This document shows, piece by piece, positions 16,894 to 27,665 of a stretch of DNA of 41,759 nucleotides. Position 1 is the stretch's first letter; each line of letters starts with the position of its first letter. The position numbers were made by a program, and so were the translations under genes. The DNA comes from a virus (Duplodnaviria; Caudoviricetes): positions 1 through 41,759 of IMG/VR virus record IMGVR_UViG_3300033076_000557. The stretch is one strand, 5' to 3'. Below the pieces are notes generated by a model. That model searched no databases. It worked only from the letters and a program-made list of their open reading frames with translations, and was not told the origin of the DNA.

Positions 16894-19800
16894 TCAGTTT
16901 CCTTTCAAGGTTGCAAGTTCGGCTTTCACCGAGTCGAGTTCTGCTTTCAGTTCTTGGACCGCTTTGACCAGTGGACCAATAAACTCGTGATAACGCAAAG
17001 ACATTGCGCCATCGTTGGGTTCTTCAACAAAGCCACCAAAGTCAACGCCTTCTGGAATTGCCGCCTTCACTTCTTGTGCAATAAATCCGTAGTGTGTGCG
17101 GACACCAGCGCGAGGGGTGACAATTTGTTCCCCATTCTCATCATAGGTAACGATGTTTTCGCCAACATTCCACTTGTACGAAACGGGACGCAAAGATTGA
17201 ACAAACGACAGCCCGAGGTTGCTGTCCTCAATCGTGTTCTTTTCACGCCCATCAGAAGTTTGAATCGTTCCGTTTACGGCATACACGGCTTGCCAACGAT
17301 GAACGTTGTCGCCAACGTAGCCCACGTTGTCGGTCATTGGGTTAACACGGGCGGTGGAGCTTGTTCCTGGCTTATAGAAAATGCCAGAATCAAAGTAACC
17401 ACCAATGTTCCCATCCCCATCAGACAGCACGATGTAGTTGCTTGCTGTGCGAATGTCTAAGCCGCCTTGGTTGCCGTTGTAGCCACCAATGATGGTGTTC
17501 TTTGAGCCAGTTGTGACCAAGCCGCCGCAGTATGTGTTGACGTTTGTCCCGATGAACGTGTTGCCAGCACCTGTGGTCAATGAATAGCCAGTCTGAGAGC
17601 CAACCAGCGTGTTGTAGTTACCAGTGGTCAACGAATAACCAGCCCGATAACCAACAGCGGTAGTAGAAGTTGCGGTCGTGCTGGTGTAGCTGGCTTGATA
17701 ACCAACAGCAGTGTTGTAAGAGGCTGTGGTGTTGTAACTTAAAGCATCATCACCAACGGCAGTGTTGTAGTCGCCTGTTGTGTTAGACGACAAGGCGCTT
17801 CTTCCAGTTGCAGTGTTAGATGCTCCTGTTGTGTTTACATTAAGGCTGTATGCGCCAATAGCCGTAATTCTTGTGCCAGTCGTATTGCTATATCCAGCTT
17901 GATAACCTACAGCAGTGTTGTTTGATGCTGTGGTGTTGGAATAGAGGGCAGAGCGGCCAATAGCGGTATTGCTTGCACCTGTCGTGTTTGAATACAACGA
18001 CGATGTTCCAAGAGCGGAGTTATCGTTTGAGGTCGTCGTATTGAGCATGGACGCATATCCAACTGCGGTGTTGCTCACGCCAGTTGTTTGCGAGTACAAA
18101 GCCTGCGACCCAAGAGCGGTTGCGTTGTCAGCAGTTGTCCCGCTGTATCCAGCACGGTAACCAAGCGCCGTAATAGCTCCAGTAGTATTTGCATACCCAG
18201 CTTGATAACCAACAGCCGTGTTGTAAGAGGCTGTGGTGTTGGATCTCAACGCAGCAGTGCCAACAGCTACGTTGTATGAACCTGTTGTGTTGCTATAAAG
18301 CGCCGCATCCACGCCAGAATTAGGGTCGTAGCTGCCAATGGCGGTGTTGTCAGCGCCAGTTGTGTTGTAGTACAGGGCCAATGCGCCAACCGCAGCATTA
18401 CCATTGCCAGTTGTATTGTTGTAAAGAGCCAAAGACCCGACAGCAGCAATACCACCGCCAGTAGTGTTGTTGTACCCAGAGCGATACCCAACAGACGTGC
18501 TGTAGTTCGATGTCGTGGTGTTAACAAGAGCTTGATGACCAACCGCTGTTGTGTAACTACCAGTCGATAACTGCCCAAGAGCGCCATAGCCAAATGCAGA
18601 GTTCCCACCACCAGTTGTGTTGCTATAGCCAGCTTGATAGCCCACAGCCGTGATTGAACCAGTGGTATTGGAGTACCCCGCCTGATAACCAACAGCAGTG
18701 TTACTAGAGGCTGTGGTGTTGTTACGAAGGGCGTATGTTCCAACGGCGGTGTTTGATGTGCCAGTTGTTGTCAGGCGCAATGCTTGATCGCCAAACGCAG
18801 AGTTGTATGAACCCGTTGCAGAGTTCAGTGCATACCAGCCAAAGGCGGTACAGTCTGTTGCTGTAACAGCGGAATAAAGAGCACCCGCGCCAAATGCCGT
18901 AATCGTTGCGCCAGTGGTGTTTGCGTAAGCAGCCTGATAACCAACAGCGGTATTGTTAGAGGCTGTGGTGTTGGAGTAAAGAGCAGCAGTGCCTAAAGAC
19001 GTGTTGTAGTTACCAGTGGTGTTGAGATAACCAGCTTGAGCACCAACAAAAGTCGAATCGTGACCAGTGGTTGAACTGTAACCAGCACGAGCACCCAAGA
19101 AGGTGCTGCCATAGCTGTCCAAAGCTGTGTTGTAACTGTAGCCAGCAGCAAAACCCAACGCTGTAAGGTAGTTTCCATTGGCCGCTGCGTGTGAGTATAG
19201 CGACTGGTAGCCTACGGCAGTATTGTTGGAGGCCGTATTGCTATACAGCGATTGATAACCAATAGCGGTGCTGCTAGAGGCTGTGGTGTTGGCTTGAAGG
19301 GCTTGCATACCAACAGCCACGTTGTTACCACCAGTTGTGGTATATCGCAGTGCGTAATCAGCAATGGCCACGTTATTGTTACCACTTGTCAATGCAGACA
19401 ACGTAGAAATACCAATAGCCACGTTTTCTGAGCCAGTAACCGCCGCAGAGGAAACTCCAAGTGATTGATAACCAAATGAAGTGTTTGCAACTCCAGTTGT
19501 AGTTGTTAATCCAGATTGATACCCAAGAGCAGTGTTGTAAGCACCTGTCGTATTAGCCACCAAAGCACTAGCACCAACAGCAGTGTTGGTTGATACAGCG
19601 CCAGCACCTTTACCGACTGTAATGCCGTTAATTGTGCTTGTTGTTGTCAGCGTAGTAAACGCACCAGTGCTAGGAGTTGTAGAACCAATAGCAGGAGGGC
19701 TGGACAAATCAAGAGAGCCGCCCAATGTCAAGTTGCCAGAAGTAGTAACAGTGCCAGAAAGAGTGATGCCACTTACAGTTCCCGTACCATTAACGGAAGT

Positions 19801-21291
19801 AACAGTGCCCAATGGGTTTGTTGCCCAAGAAGTGTTTGAACCGTCAGTGGTCAAATACTTACCGCTGTTGCCAGTTTGAGATGGAGCAAGAGCATTGAAT
19901 GCGGCATTTGCAGTTGTTTGGCCTGTGCCACCATTTGCAATAGGAAGCGTTCCATTTACGCCAGAGGTCAAAGAGACTGTGTTGTTTGACCAAACGCCAG
20001 TGCCAGAGTCGTATGTGATTGTCTGACCAGTTACAGGGCTTGTGATCAAGACGTTGTGCAGCTCATCAAGCTCATATCCATTTTGTGTGTTGATATAGAT
20101 AGAACCAGCGCCAACTGAGCCACCTTTAACAATATAGCCAACCATGACCATGTGTTGAGGTGCTACAGGTTTTGTTGTTGTCCATGCGCCAGGAGTGGTC
20201 GGAGACAAATAAACAACAGCGCCATCAGTGAAGCCGTTGGTGTTAATCCCGTTAACCATGCCTTGTGTAGTAACAAAGCCAGATGAATTGTTGGCAATTG
20301 TTTCTGTGACCATGCCAATGATGGCGGCGGAAGTGCTGTCTGCATTCGCTTGTGCAAGAGCAACAGTCAAACGCTGACCTTGAGAGCCAGTGACATAAAC
20401 CACTTGTCCATCAGTCAAAGATGAACCAGTGTTGTTGTAGACCCTGATTAAAGTCTCTTGACCAATTTGAAGATTTACGTTGCCACCTTCCATGCCAATT
20501 TGAGGGCCACCCCATGTTGTGTCCCATTGCAGCTTTGCAACGCCAACAGACGGAGTGATTGCGGTATCAAGCTGCAAATAGTCAGCAGTTGAAATGCCAC
20601 CAGTGATACCAGAAAGGCTTGTGATGTCGCTGTTAGCGCCAGATGCAGCAGCACCAAGAGCCGCCCTTGCAGCAGATGCCGTAGTTGAACCTGTGCCACC
20701 ATGAGTAATATCAACAATGCCGCTTACGTTTGAAGAAGTGCCAGAAACAGAGCCTTGGATTTCACTGCTAAATGTCTTTGTGCCAGCAATAGTTTGATTG
20801 CTTGTCAAATCCATGTACAAGCTTGAGCCTGTCAAACGAGTCCATGTGCCAGCTTGTTTAAACCAAATAGTTTCTGGAGTTGTACCAGTCTCAATGTACA
20901 ACTGGTCTGATTGACCGTCACCAGATACAGGAGCAGAAGCGCCACTAAGAATTGGCAAACCAGAAGCAAAAGAAAACTTACCTGGCGTTGACCAAACAAT
21001 AGGTGTAGTTGATTTAGAGTTAACAATACCAACAGACACCCAAACAGTGTTTGTAGGATTAGCTGGAGGAGTTGCTAACCAATCTGTAGGTGGCGTACCT
21101 GAGTTGGTTGTAAAACTCCAAGAGCCACCAGTAGGCGTTGCTGGCGCTGTATCGGAAACTTGGAATATGAACCATTCAAAATAAGTTCCACCAAAAACAG
21201 TGTTGTTGCCATATAAACCTGAAGATTCAGAGCCAGATTGAGGAGAAACAATTCCTGCGCTGCTTTGACCGTAAAGACCGCCTGTAGCCAT
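16894..21291 (-). CDS. Long tail fibre with ~14-aa NTAVG beta-roll repeats and C-terminal S74 intramolecular chaperone
   Basis: GGTG motifs, many NTAVGYQA..SNTTG repeats, TSDGREKNTI...GL.FV..LRPVSYKW...GFIAQEV...LVKAVQEL. Confidence 0.92.
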   Translation of the reverse strand: MATGGLYGQSSAGIVSPQSGSESSGLYGNNTVFGGTYFEWFIFQVSDTAPATPTGGSWSFTTNSGTPPTDWLATPPANPTNTVWVSVGIVNSKSTTPIVWSTPGKFSFASGLPILSGASAPVSGDGQSDQLYIETGTTPETIWFKQAGTWTRLTGSSLYMDLTSNQTIAGTKTFSSEIQGSVSGTSSNVSGIVDITHGGTGSTTASAARAALGAAASGANSDITSLSGITGGISTADYLQLDTAITPSVGVAKLQWDTTWGGPQIGMEGGNVNLQIGQETLIRVYNNTGSSLTDGQVVYVTGSQGQRLTVALAQANADSTSAAIIGMVTETIANNSSGFVTTQGMVNGINTNGFTDGAVVYLSPTTPGAWTTTKPVAPQHMVMVGYIVKGGSVGAGSIYINTQNGYELDELHNVLITSPVTGQTITYDSGTGVWSNNTVSLTSGVNGTLPIANGGTGQTTANAAFNALAPSQTGNSGKYLTTDGSNTSWATNPLGTVTSVNGTGTVSGITLSGTVTTSGNLTLGGSLDLSSPPAIGSTTPSTGAFTTLTTTSTINGITVGKGAGAVSTNTAVGASALVANTTGAYNTALGYQSGLTTTTGVANTSFGYQSLGVSSAAVTGSENVAIGISTLSALTSGNNNVAIADYALRYTTTGGNNVAVGMQALQANTTASSSTAIGYQSLYSNTASNNTAVGYQSLYSHAAANGNYLTALGFAAGYSYNTALDSYGSTFLGARAGYSSTTGHDSTFVGAQAGYLNTTGNYNTSLGTAALYSNTTASNNTAVGYQAAYANTTGATITAFGAGALYSAVTATDCTAFGWYALNSATGSYNSAFGDQALRLTTTGTSNTAVGTYALRNNTTASSNTAVGYQAGYSNTTGSITAVGYQAGYSNTTGGGNSAFGYGALGQLSTGSYTTAVGHQALVNTTTSNYSTSVGYRSGYNNTTGGGIAAVGSLALYNNTTGNGNAAVGALALYYNTTGADNTAIGSYDPNSGVDAALYSNTTGSYNVAVGTAALRSNTTASYNTAVGYQAGYANTTGAITALGYRAGYSGTTADNATALGSQALYSQTTGVSNTAVGYASMLNTTTSNDNSALGTSSLYSNTTGASNTAIGRSALYSNTTASNNTAVGYQAGYSNTTGTRITAIGAYSLNVNTTGASNTATGRSALSSNTTGDYNTAVGDDALSYNTTASYNTAVGYQASYTSTTATSTTAVGYRAGYSLTTGNYNTLVGSQTGYSLTTGAGNTFIGTNVNTYCGGLVTTGSKNTIIGGYNGNQGGLDIRTASNYIVLSDGDGNIGGYFDSGIFYKPGTSSTARVNPMTDNVGYVGDNVHRWQAVYAVNGTIQTSDGREKNTIEDSNLGLSFVQSLRPVSYKWNVGENIVTYDENGEQIVTPRAGVRTHYGFIAQEVKAAIPEGVDFGGFVEEPNDGAMSLRYHEFIGPLVKAVQELKAELDSVKAELATLKGN

Positions 21292-21300
21292 GTCTTTTCC

Positions 21301-22287
21301 TTATTTGAAGTTGTAACGATAGTCACGTGGTTGCCATTCGGATGAAAGATGTTGATCCCCACCTTTCCAACGGCCTTTATTGTATTGGTCTTCAATCAAG
21401 CCATAAGATTCATCTAAACGAGACAACCATTTTTGCGCTTCTTCGGTATTTTTGTTCTTGTCATAATAAGCCCACAAAGTACCGTACAAGTAACCTTCTG
21501 GAAAACTTGCCAACACAGCATTGTTTTGCACCAATGGGTTCAAAGCGTCATCTGTAGGACCAAACAAGAATGGGAATGTACGGATGTAATAGGCCTTGAT
21601 TTCTACACCTTCTCCTGGGTTTGGAGTAAAGATGTAATTTGGGCCAACTTCCGAAAAAGAACCACGAATCACGCGAGGAACACCAAAAGGACGAACGTAC
21701 AGTTGGTCAATCATGCGGCGGCGAATAATCTCTCGATCACCAACACGGTCATACACAATCCACGGACCCATACTTGCTGGAGGCGTGTCAGGCTGAACTT
21801 CAGAATTTGGCGTTTCTTGAAAAAAGAAAATAGGCGTGTTCATATCCGAGGGGATAGGAGCCATACCTTGTGCATTTGTGGTCAACAGAGTTGGAGTGTC
21901 GCCATATGGATTGGTGCGAAGTCCAGGCAGCTCCAATGTTCGCATCTTCAACTCAGCCAATTGAATTGAAGATTGAATCTCCAAAGACGATTGAGTTGGC
22001 AGCATCAGAATGCTTGTAGGAAGCGTTGCAGAGGTCCATACGCCGTCTGGATCATCCACCGTAATGGTAGTGCTAGTCAAAGCCAAAACTGGCGTGTATG
22101 GGCCTGAAATTGACACGCCAATAAAGTCACCAACATTAATTGTTCCAACAGGAGTTGGCGTAACAGTGATAACGCTTGTTGATGAATTAAAAGACGAGGC
22201 GGTAATTGACAAAGTTTTTGGAATTGCCCCTACCCACTGTGCTACTCGACTTACTAATGAGTTAGCAGATTGAATGTATAGAGACAT
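21301..22287 (-). CDS. Head-tail adaptor / tail tubular protein A-like
   Basis: IQLAELKMRTL...P.P.....I...Y...N..LA.FPEGYLYGTL motif; position after the capsid genes. Confidence 0.7.
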   Translation of the reverse strand: MSLYIQSANSLVSRVAQWVGAIPKTLSITASSFNSSTSVITVTPTPVGTINVGDFIGVSISGPYTPVLALTSTTITVDDPDGVWTSATLPTSILMLPTQSSLEIQSSIQLAELKMRTLELPGLRTNPYGDTPTLLTTNAQGMAPIPSDMNTPIFFFQETPNSEVQPDTPPASMGPWIVYDRVGDREIIRRRMIDQLYVRPFGVPRVIRGSFSEVGPNYIFTPNPGEGVEIKAYYIRTFPFLFGPTDDALNPLVQNNAVLASFPEGYLYGTLWAYYDKNKNTEEAQKWLSRLDESYGLIEDQYNKGRWKGGDQHLSSEWQPRDYRYNFK

Positions 22288-22296
22288 GGATTTTCC

Positions 22297-22803
22297 TTAC
22301 TTGGTCGGTATGGCAGGATTATACGGAAGAGGTATCTTGCCTGTTGGATGACATACGAAATCTGAATAGTATTCATTCACGATTGCGTAAAACAAAATTT
22401 TGTCCTTTTTGTCTTGCTTGATTAATTCCCAAGGTCGGTTGTTGAACCACTTAGAACTGATTTCATGAGCAAAACATTTTGGCAGCTCCATTGCATGAAA
22501 TGTGCCAGCAAAAAAAGGATTGTCTGTGCCATGCTCTCGATAGAACTCACGGCGATTTTTGCATTCTTCACGAATGGCTTCTACGTTTTTTTGTTCATAT
22601 TGAACATAACGTGCGCCATCTAAAGCGCCAACTTTATAGTCAATGTTTTTGGTTTTAAATGTTTGCGACCAAGTACCAGACTTGACCTCGTTAAACATTT
22701 TGTCGTTTTTGATCAAAGCCCCTTCAATACCACCCTCAAGGTTTCCCTTCATGTAGTAGTCTTCGTTGACTTTAGCTTCTTCGTTGTTTAAGTTCAATTC
22801 CAT
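22297..22803 (-). CDS. Conserved hypothetical protein of the head module
   Basis: Q.NVEAI.E.CK..R pattern; directly after the capsid gene; GGAG RBS. Confidence 0.65.
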   Translation of the reverse strand: MELNLNNEEAKVNEDYYMKGNLEGGIEGALIKNDKMFNEVKSGTWSQTFKTKNIDYKVGALDGARYVQYEQKNVEAIREECKNRREFYREHGTDNPFFAGTFHAMELPKCFAHEISSKWFNNRPWELIKQDKKDKILFYAIVNEYYSDFVCHPTGKIPLPYNPAIPTK

Positions 22804-22818
22804 GCAATTCTCCTTACC

Positions 22819-22843
22819 AAAAGAGCCTCCGAAGAGGCCCTTT
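22819..22843 (-). terminator. Rho-independent terminator after the major capsid gene
   Basis: Minus strand GGGCCUC-UUCG-GAGGCUC-UUUU. Confidence 0.85.
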
Positions 22844-22857
22844 CAGTAAATGACCTA

Positions 22858-24012
22858 TTAGGCCAAGTAGCGCTTGACTTGAGCGGCTGGGCGAGCAGTA
22901 GTCACCACAGCACCAGTAGTCATAGCTGCCAAGACAGCCACACCTGCTGGGTTACGCACGATCAAAGTACCTTCCATGATGTACTGATCCAAGCTAGCGT
23001 CAGCGTTCGAGAACACTTCGTTGTTTGGACCGAGTTCACGCAAGCTACCCCACTGAACCACATCAGGGTTCAAGAACAAGATAGAAGTGTTGTCAGAACC
23101 GGTTTGGTCCATAACCCAGCTATCGTCGATCTGGTAGGTGTAGTTGAAGTCACCTTCGTAAGTACCGATGGTGTCACCCTTGTCAGCAGGGTTGAAACGG
23201 TTGATGCTACGGCTCTGAGGGATGTTGTCAGAGATAGTAGTACGCAACGATGTTGGAACCACCATGTTGGTGATCTTGGCATTGAAGCGTTGTTCAGCAA
23301 CAGTAACCAACTGCTTGTACAGCACAGGGCTGAAAGCTTGCAAAGTCACGCCAGAGCTGAAAGTGAAGTAACCCAAACCAGCGTTAGCCAACGAACCGTT
23401 GAAAGGCGTGTTGGTTGCCACAGCAGAAGTGGTGTCATCGCTATCAGAAGCAGCCAAGTTCAGCACAGAAGTGCCGTCTGTGTCGTTGCCAGAACGAGTG
23501 CCAGCAAAAGCGAACAACGAACCGAAACGGCGACCGTTGTTGGGGCTAGAACCTTGAGTAGCAGCTTGACCGCTGTACTTGATAGAAGCACCGTCAGCAC
23601 GCAACATTTGCAGCTCAACGTCAAACATGATTTCAGTCAATTGCTTGACTTCTTGGTAGGCTTGAGGATCGCCACCAGCTTGTTCAACAGCACGAGCAGT
23701 ACCAGTAGCACCGATCACAGTGGTGAAAATCTGTGTGTAGTTACCCAAGTTAGAACGGGTGTTAGAGGCGGCTGCACCAGCGGTAACAGCAGCACCTTCC
23801 AACTTTGCGTTCAAAGCGGGGGTACGGAAATAGTCATTAGGCCAAATGTGCAAAGTCGAATTGATCTTGCGCTTTTTGGACATAGCCATGTTGGTGACGG
23901 GGGTACGGTCTTTAACATAGTTAGAGACTGTCAAATCGAGGTCTTTAACCACGATGTCGGTGGTGTACGAACCGTTACCGTTGCCGAGTGCGGCGGAAGT
24001 GATAGTTGCCAT
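22858..24012 (-). CDS. Major capsid protein (DUF5309 / SU10-like)
   Basis: DL...V.N....TP...M....K..STLH.W..D, NAKLEG, NYTQIF, TA.AV, AYQ..K...EI..DVE, EGTL.VRNP. Confidence 0.9.
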   Translation of the reverse strand: MATITSAALGNGNGSYTTDIVVKDLDLTVSNYVKDRTPVTNMAMSKKRKINSTLHIWPNDYFRTPALNAKLEGAAVTAGAAASNTRSNLGNYTQIFTTVIGATGTARAVEQAGGDPQAYQEVKQLTEIMFDVELQMLRADGASIKYSGQAATQGSSPNNGRRFGSLFAFAGTRSGNDTDGTSVLNLAASDSDDTTSAVATNTPFNGSLANAGLGYFTFSSGVTLQAFSPVLYKQLVTVAEQRFNAKITNMVVPTSLRTTISDNIPQSRSINRFNPADKGDTIGTYEGDFNYTYQIDDSWVMDQTGSDNTSILFLNPDVVQWGSLRELGPNNEVFSNADASLDQYIMEGTLIVRNPAGVAVLAAMTTGAVVTTARPAAQVKRYLA

Positions 24013-24031
24013 TTTTAAGCTCCTGAGTTAA

Positions 24032-25150
24032 TTAACGAGGTCTGCGTTTTTGGGACGCAAGAAAAGTTGCCAAAAGATCGCGTGTAGCGCTTTTATCGCC
24101 TGACGCAGCTTTCTTTTGAAGCTCTTCAGCCTTTGTGTCTTGAGCAGTCTTGGCTTTTGCTTTAGGTTGATTGGCTGCTGCCAAAGAACCACCTGCATTT
24201 CGCACTTTCGGACCTTCTCGAAACTTCATACCGTCACGGATCAACCCTAGCAGGTATTCATCACTGGATACCAAATCAATGTTTGGCACACCTGGGACAA
24301 ATGATCCACTAGCGCCTTTCCAATCCTTTGACAACTTTTCCCGCAATTCAGTGAAAGTTGCCTTGTTAGACAGTTCTTTATCAGAAAAACTCTGACGTGC
24401 TTTCTCAAGTTGCTCTTGCACAAATGCAGAGCGTTGTTGATAGAACTGTTCAACTTTCGGACGGTTCGTAGAAATAAAATCGCTCTTTTCTTGGATCAAC
24501 TTAGCGTTCTGGCGGATAGCCGCTTCAGCTTCACTACGTTGAACCTCGTCTGTAGCAGCATCTCTGATTTGCACCCATTGCTGGTTGTATTGCTGAAGAG
24601 TGATTAACTCATCTGCATACTCTTGGAGTTTGGGCTGAATAGTCAGCTCTAGTCCAATTTGCAAACCATCGAGTTCTTTTCTACGATTGGCTTCATATTC
24701 TTCAAAATCAGCACGTTCGGTTTTAAGCTTACGCGCATTTTCATGAATAGCACTACCTTGACCAAGAATAGCAGCAGCCTTTGATACTGGAATCTCCACA
24801 AAGCCGCCTTCTGCGTCTTTATTAGGAATCCTCCAAAGCATGTCAGGATTCTGCTCTGCAAACTCTAAGAAATTGATAGGTTCGGTTACACCATCGGTGG
24901 CCTCTTCCTCATTCTCAGCTTCTACAGTTTCATCAGTCTCGATTGAACTATTTTCAGGTTCGGCTTCCTCATTAGGAGCCGCCTCAGGGGTTTCGGCTTG
25001 CGCGTCAACTTGTCCTGCTGGTGGAGCTTCACTATTGGGTTGCGGGACGTTACGCTTGTTAGCGGCAATCATCGCTGCAATAGCATCGGCGGGATTAACT
25101 GCACCAGTTTGCTCAGTGGCGGTCACATCATTTGTGATTACGTCTGACAT
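24032..25150 (-). CDS. Capsid scaffolding protein
   Basis: Acidic disordered N-terminus, coiled coil, K-rich tail with SG...A..L; between portal and capsid. Confidence 0.8.
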   Translation of the reverse strand: MSDVITNDVTATEQTGAVNPADAIAAMIAANKRNVPQPNSEAPPAGQVDAQAETPEAAPNEEAEPENSSIETDETVEAENEEEATDGVTEPINFLEFAEQNPDMLWRIPNKDAEGGFVEIPVSKAAAILGQGSAIHENARKLKTERADFEEYEANRRKELDGLQIGLELTIQPKLQEYADELITLQQYNQQWVQIRDAATDEVQRSEAEAAIRQNAKLIQEKSDFISTNRPKVEQFYQQRSAFVQEQLEKARQSFSDKELSNKATFTELREKLSKDWKGASGSFVPGVPNIDLVSSDEYLLGLIRDGMKFREGPKVRNAGGSLAAANQPKAKAKTAQDTKAEELQKKAASGDKSATRDLLATFLASQKRRPR

Positions 25151-25153
25151 ATA

Positions 25154-25483
25154 TTACACCATTTCGTTAAGTTTGGATTTCTCCAGTTTCTTAGCGAGAT
25201 ATTCATTCCTCTCCACGAAGCTAATGAAATCACGCACCCCAGCAACATAATATGCGTTGCCAATTCTTTCGGAGTCATCTTGGGAATCTTCCAAGCGCTC
25301 AAGCATGTGAAACCTATACAGGTTAAACATCAATGCAAAATCTTCATTCTTGAGTAAGCGGCTGGCGCTTTCTCCATTTTGAAGTACCAGAGTTTGTCGA
25401 TTTACATGTGCCTCCTTATTTGCGTCAATTGCTTTCGTGCGCCTATTAAAGAACTCACGAATATTCTTTACTAAACTTTCCAT
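25154..25483 (-). CDS. Small conserved protein after the portal
   Basis: GE.A.RLL.N.DF motif typical of this position; start at MESLVK after AAGGA. Confidence 0.65.
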   Translation of the reverse strand: MESLVKNIREFFNRRTKAIDANKEAHVNRQTLVLQNGESASRLLKNEDFALMFNLYRFHMLERLEDSQDDSERIGNAYYVAGVRDFISFVERNEYLAKKLEKSKLNEMV

Positions 25484-25492
25484 TTTCAATCC

Positions 25493-27664
25493 TTAATCAA
25501 TTTCCACGGCAGAAAGTTTACCTGCTTTCATCGCTTTCATCTCAAAGAAATTATCCATGTCAATGTCTTCAGCTTTCTTCATATTCAAAGCCGCAACTGT
25601 TTGAGATTCTTGAGTTTTAGCGTTATTCAAGTTCACTTTTGATTGGACCTCTTGCTCTGCCACACCTGGTCCTTGCGCTTGCTTGGCTTGAATCATTTTT
25701 GCGGCTTCTTCTAACGTGGGGAGATAAGAATCGCAATGTTTAACACCTAAAGCATATAAGGTGTCCTCAAATGGACGGCGAGCTTTGATAAACATCTCTG
25801 GAACGCTTGGGTCCAGTTGCATCATCACGGCAGCAAAACCTTGTTGAGCTTGCATGATCAATTGTTGGCGTGTCAAACGGTTTTCGTCCGACAAGAAACC
25901 AAGTGCCAAGTCCACATTGATCATGTTTCGGTCAATAAATTCAAAGTTCTCCATTGATTTGGCATCCAAGAAGCCAGCGCCTGGCAACATGGCATCAGCC
26001 AATTGTTGAATGTTGTAGTCATCAGCGTACTGAATCATGGTTTTCCACACAATGTAGATCATGTCACGCACACCAATGGCACAGTTCTTGACCATTTCAT
26101 CTTGGATAAGCTGATTTGGACCCATAGCCAACTGAAGCTTGTATCCGCTGTTGCCATCTTTCATGACTTCAGGGTTCAAGGTGTCAGCAGGGTTTGTCAT
26201 GCCCAACATACGGCTTGTATCTTGGTCAAAACGCTCCATAGCGTCCTGAACATAAGCTAGGTTGCCTTGCAGTGGCTGGAACTCGTAAACGTGCTTGGCT
26301 GGGTCAAACTTGCGGTCCAAAATAAACATGGCAGACACGCCACGTTGAATTTCTTCCGCATCTACAAACTCTGGATTCACACCAATCTGAGCTGTAGAAG
26401 CTCTCATGGCAAATGCAATCTCAGCACGATTGATAGCTGTCTTGTATTCCTGCAAAGGAACCAAGCGCTCCGCTTGAGAGTATCCAAAGAAGTTGCCAAC
26501 GATTGGCTTTGGACACATCTCAGCCAATGGGATGAAATCTACTTCTTTGACGTACAAAATGTAGCCGCCAGAATAGCAAACTTCAATAATTTCCTCTTCA
26601 CCATCATTGTCCACGTCTTTACGCAGCCAAGCGGTTGTGATCATAACAACGCGACTATAACGATCAGCACCTGCACTTGCAATAACACCCTGTCCAGGAA
26701 CGGGAGTTGAATCTCTCGCATGAAGGGCAAGATCATTCTCCAAAGCGCCAGCTTGATAAGCACCAGCAGGACCGTAAGCAGCATGATCGGCAAATTTCTC
26801 TAAATCAATGTATGGGTACTGAGCTTTTGCCTCATGAATTGTCATTGGGTCATAAAAGCCACAGAAATCTTGATTACGGATGCCTGGAATTGTTGGATTA
26901 CAAACAAAGTAATGTTGAGCAACGTGCTTTATTCTGATGTTGGTTGAATAACCAGTCATCTTGTATTTAGCACGATAAATCGTGTTGTTGCGAATAGCGT
27001 CTTGCACTTCTTCGCTTGAAGGCTCAATTGGCATACCTGATTCATCAGGCATCATTGTTTCTTGAGCTACGCCTTGCAGATCAACATCAACACGGCGCAT
27101 TTGTTGCCTTTTTGCAACAAGGCCTTTTTCAGCCGCCATGATTTCAAAAGAACGAAGCTGATCTTTTGTTCCTTCAACTTCTTTGTATTGAGTGATCTTG
27201 TCGCGCACTGGCGAAACCATGATTACACCGTTTTTGTGCAACAAAGCATCTTGCGCCCAATCACGAATCACAGCATAAGAATCATTTTTGCTGTTAATGA
27301 AGTGAAGAGCCATTTTTGCGGATTGTTGAGCGCCAGCCGCATCTGCTTCGCTCAGTCGTTCAAACTCAAAGTTCAATTTGCCGTTGGGCATCAAACATTT
27401 GGTAATAACGGCTGTTGAATAGTCGATGCCAGGGCTAACTACAGGAGAAATGTAGTCAATGCCACGAACTGGTTCTGTAGAGTTAGAAACAGCAATATTG
27501 AGGTAGTGATAATCGCTCAGTCGGTTGAGCGTATTCTTGGCTTGAGTTAGTCGAAGGTAATCGACCATTTTCAGATACGCCTCGTGCGCTACTTGGTATT
27601 CGATGCCTTTGTTAGCGGGAGGACTTTCCAAGCCATCTACAACAATATTTTGTTTATCTAACAT
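25493..27664 (-). CDS. Portal protein (P22-like size class)
   Basis: 723 aa; DALLHKNGV, D.DNDG.EE, P.P....FFG.S.AE...P.Q..KT...R; Q-rich C-terminal barrel. Confidence 0.9.
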   Translation of the reverse strand: MLDKQNIVVDGLESPPANKGIEYQVAHEAYLKMVDYLRLTQAKNTLNRLSDYHYLNIAVSNSTEPVRGIDYISPVVSPGIDYSTAVITKCLMPNGKLNFEFERLSEADAAGAQQSAKMALHFINSKNDSYAVIRDWAQDALLHKNGVIMVSPVRDKITQYKEVEGTKDQLRSFEIMAAEKGLVAKRQQMRRVDVDLQGVAQETMMPDESGMPIEPSSEEVQDAIRNNTIYRAKYKMTGYSTNIRIKHVAQHYFVCNPTIPGIRNQDFCGFYDPMTIHEAKAQYPYIDLEKFADHAAYGPAGAYQAGALENDLALHARDSTPVPGQGVIASAGADRYSRVVMITTAWLRKDVDNDGEEEIIEVCYSGGYILYVKEVDFIPLAEMCPKPIVGNFFGYSQAERLVPLQEYKTAINRAEIAFAMRASTAQIGVNPEFVDAEEIQRGVSAMFILDRKFDPAKHVYEFQPLQGNLAYVQDAMERFDQDTSRMLGMTNPADTLNPEVMKDGNSGYKLQLAMGPNQLIQDEMVKNCAIGVRDMIYIVWKTMIQYADDYNIQQLADAMLPGAGFLDAKSMENFEFIDRNMINVDLALGFLSDENRLTRQQLIMQAQQGFAAVMMQLDPSVPEMFIKARRPFEDTLYALGVKHCDSYLPTLEEAAKMIQAKQAQGPGVAEQEVQSKVNLNNAKTQESQTVAALNMKKAEDIDMDNFFEMKAMKAGKLSAVEID

Positions 27665-27665
27665 G

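Noticed and set aside
16894-21291. Diversity-generating retroelement or invertible segment acting on the fibre
   Set aside because: No reverse transcriptase or invertase gene, and I saw no template/variable repeat pair
22879-24018. 379-aa antisense ORF spanning the major capsid gene
   Set aside because: Mirror-frame ORF expected from the strong codon bias of a highly expressed gene; no RBS or recognisable motif
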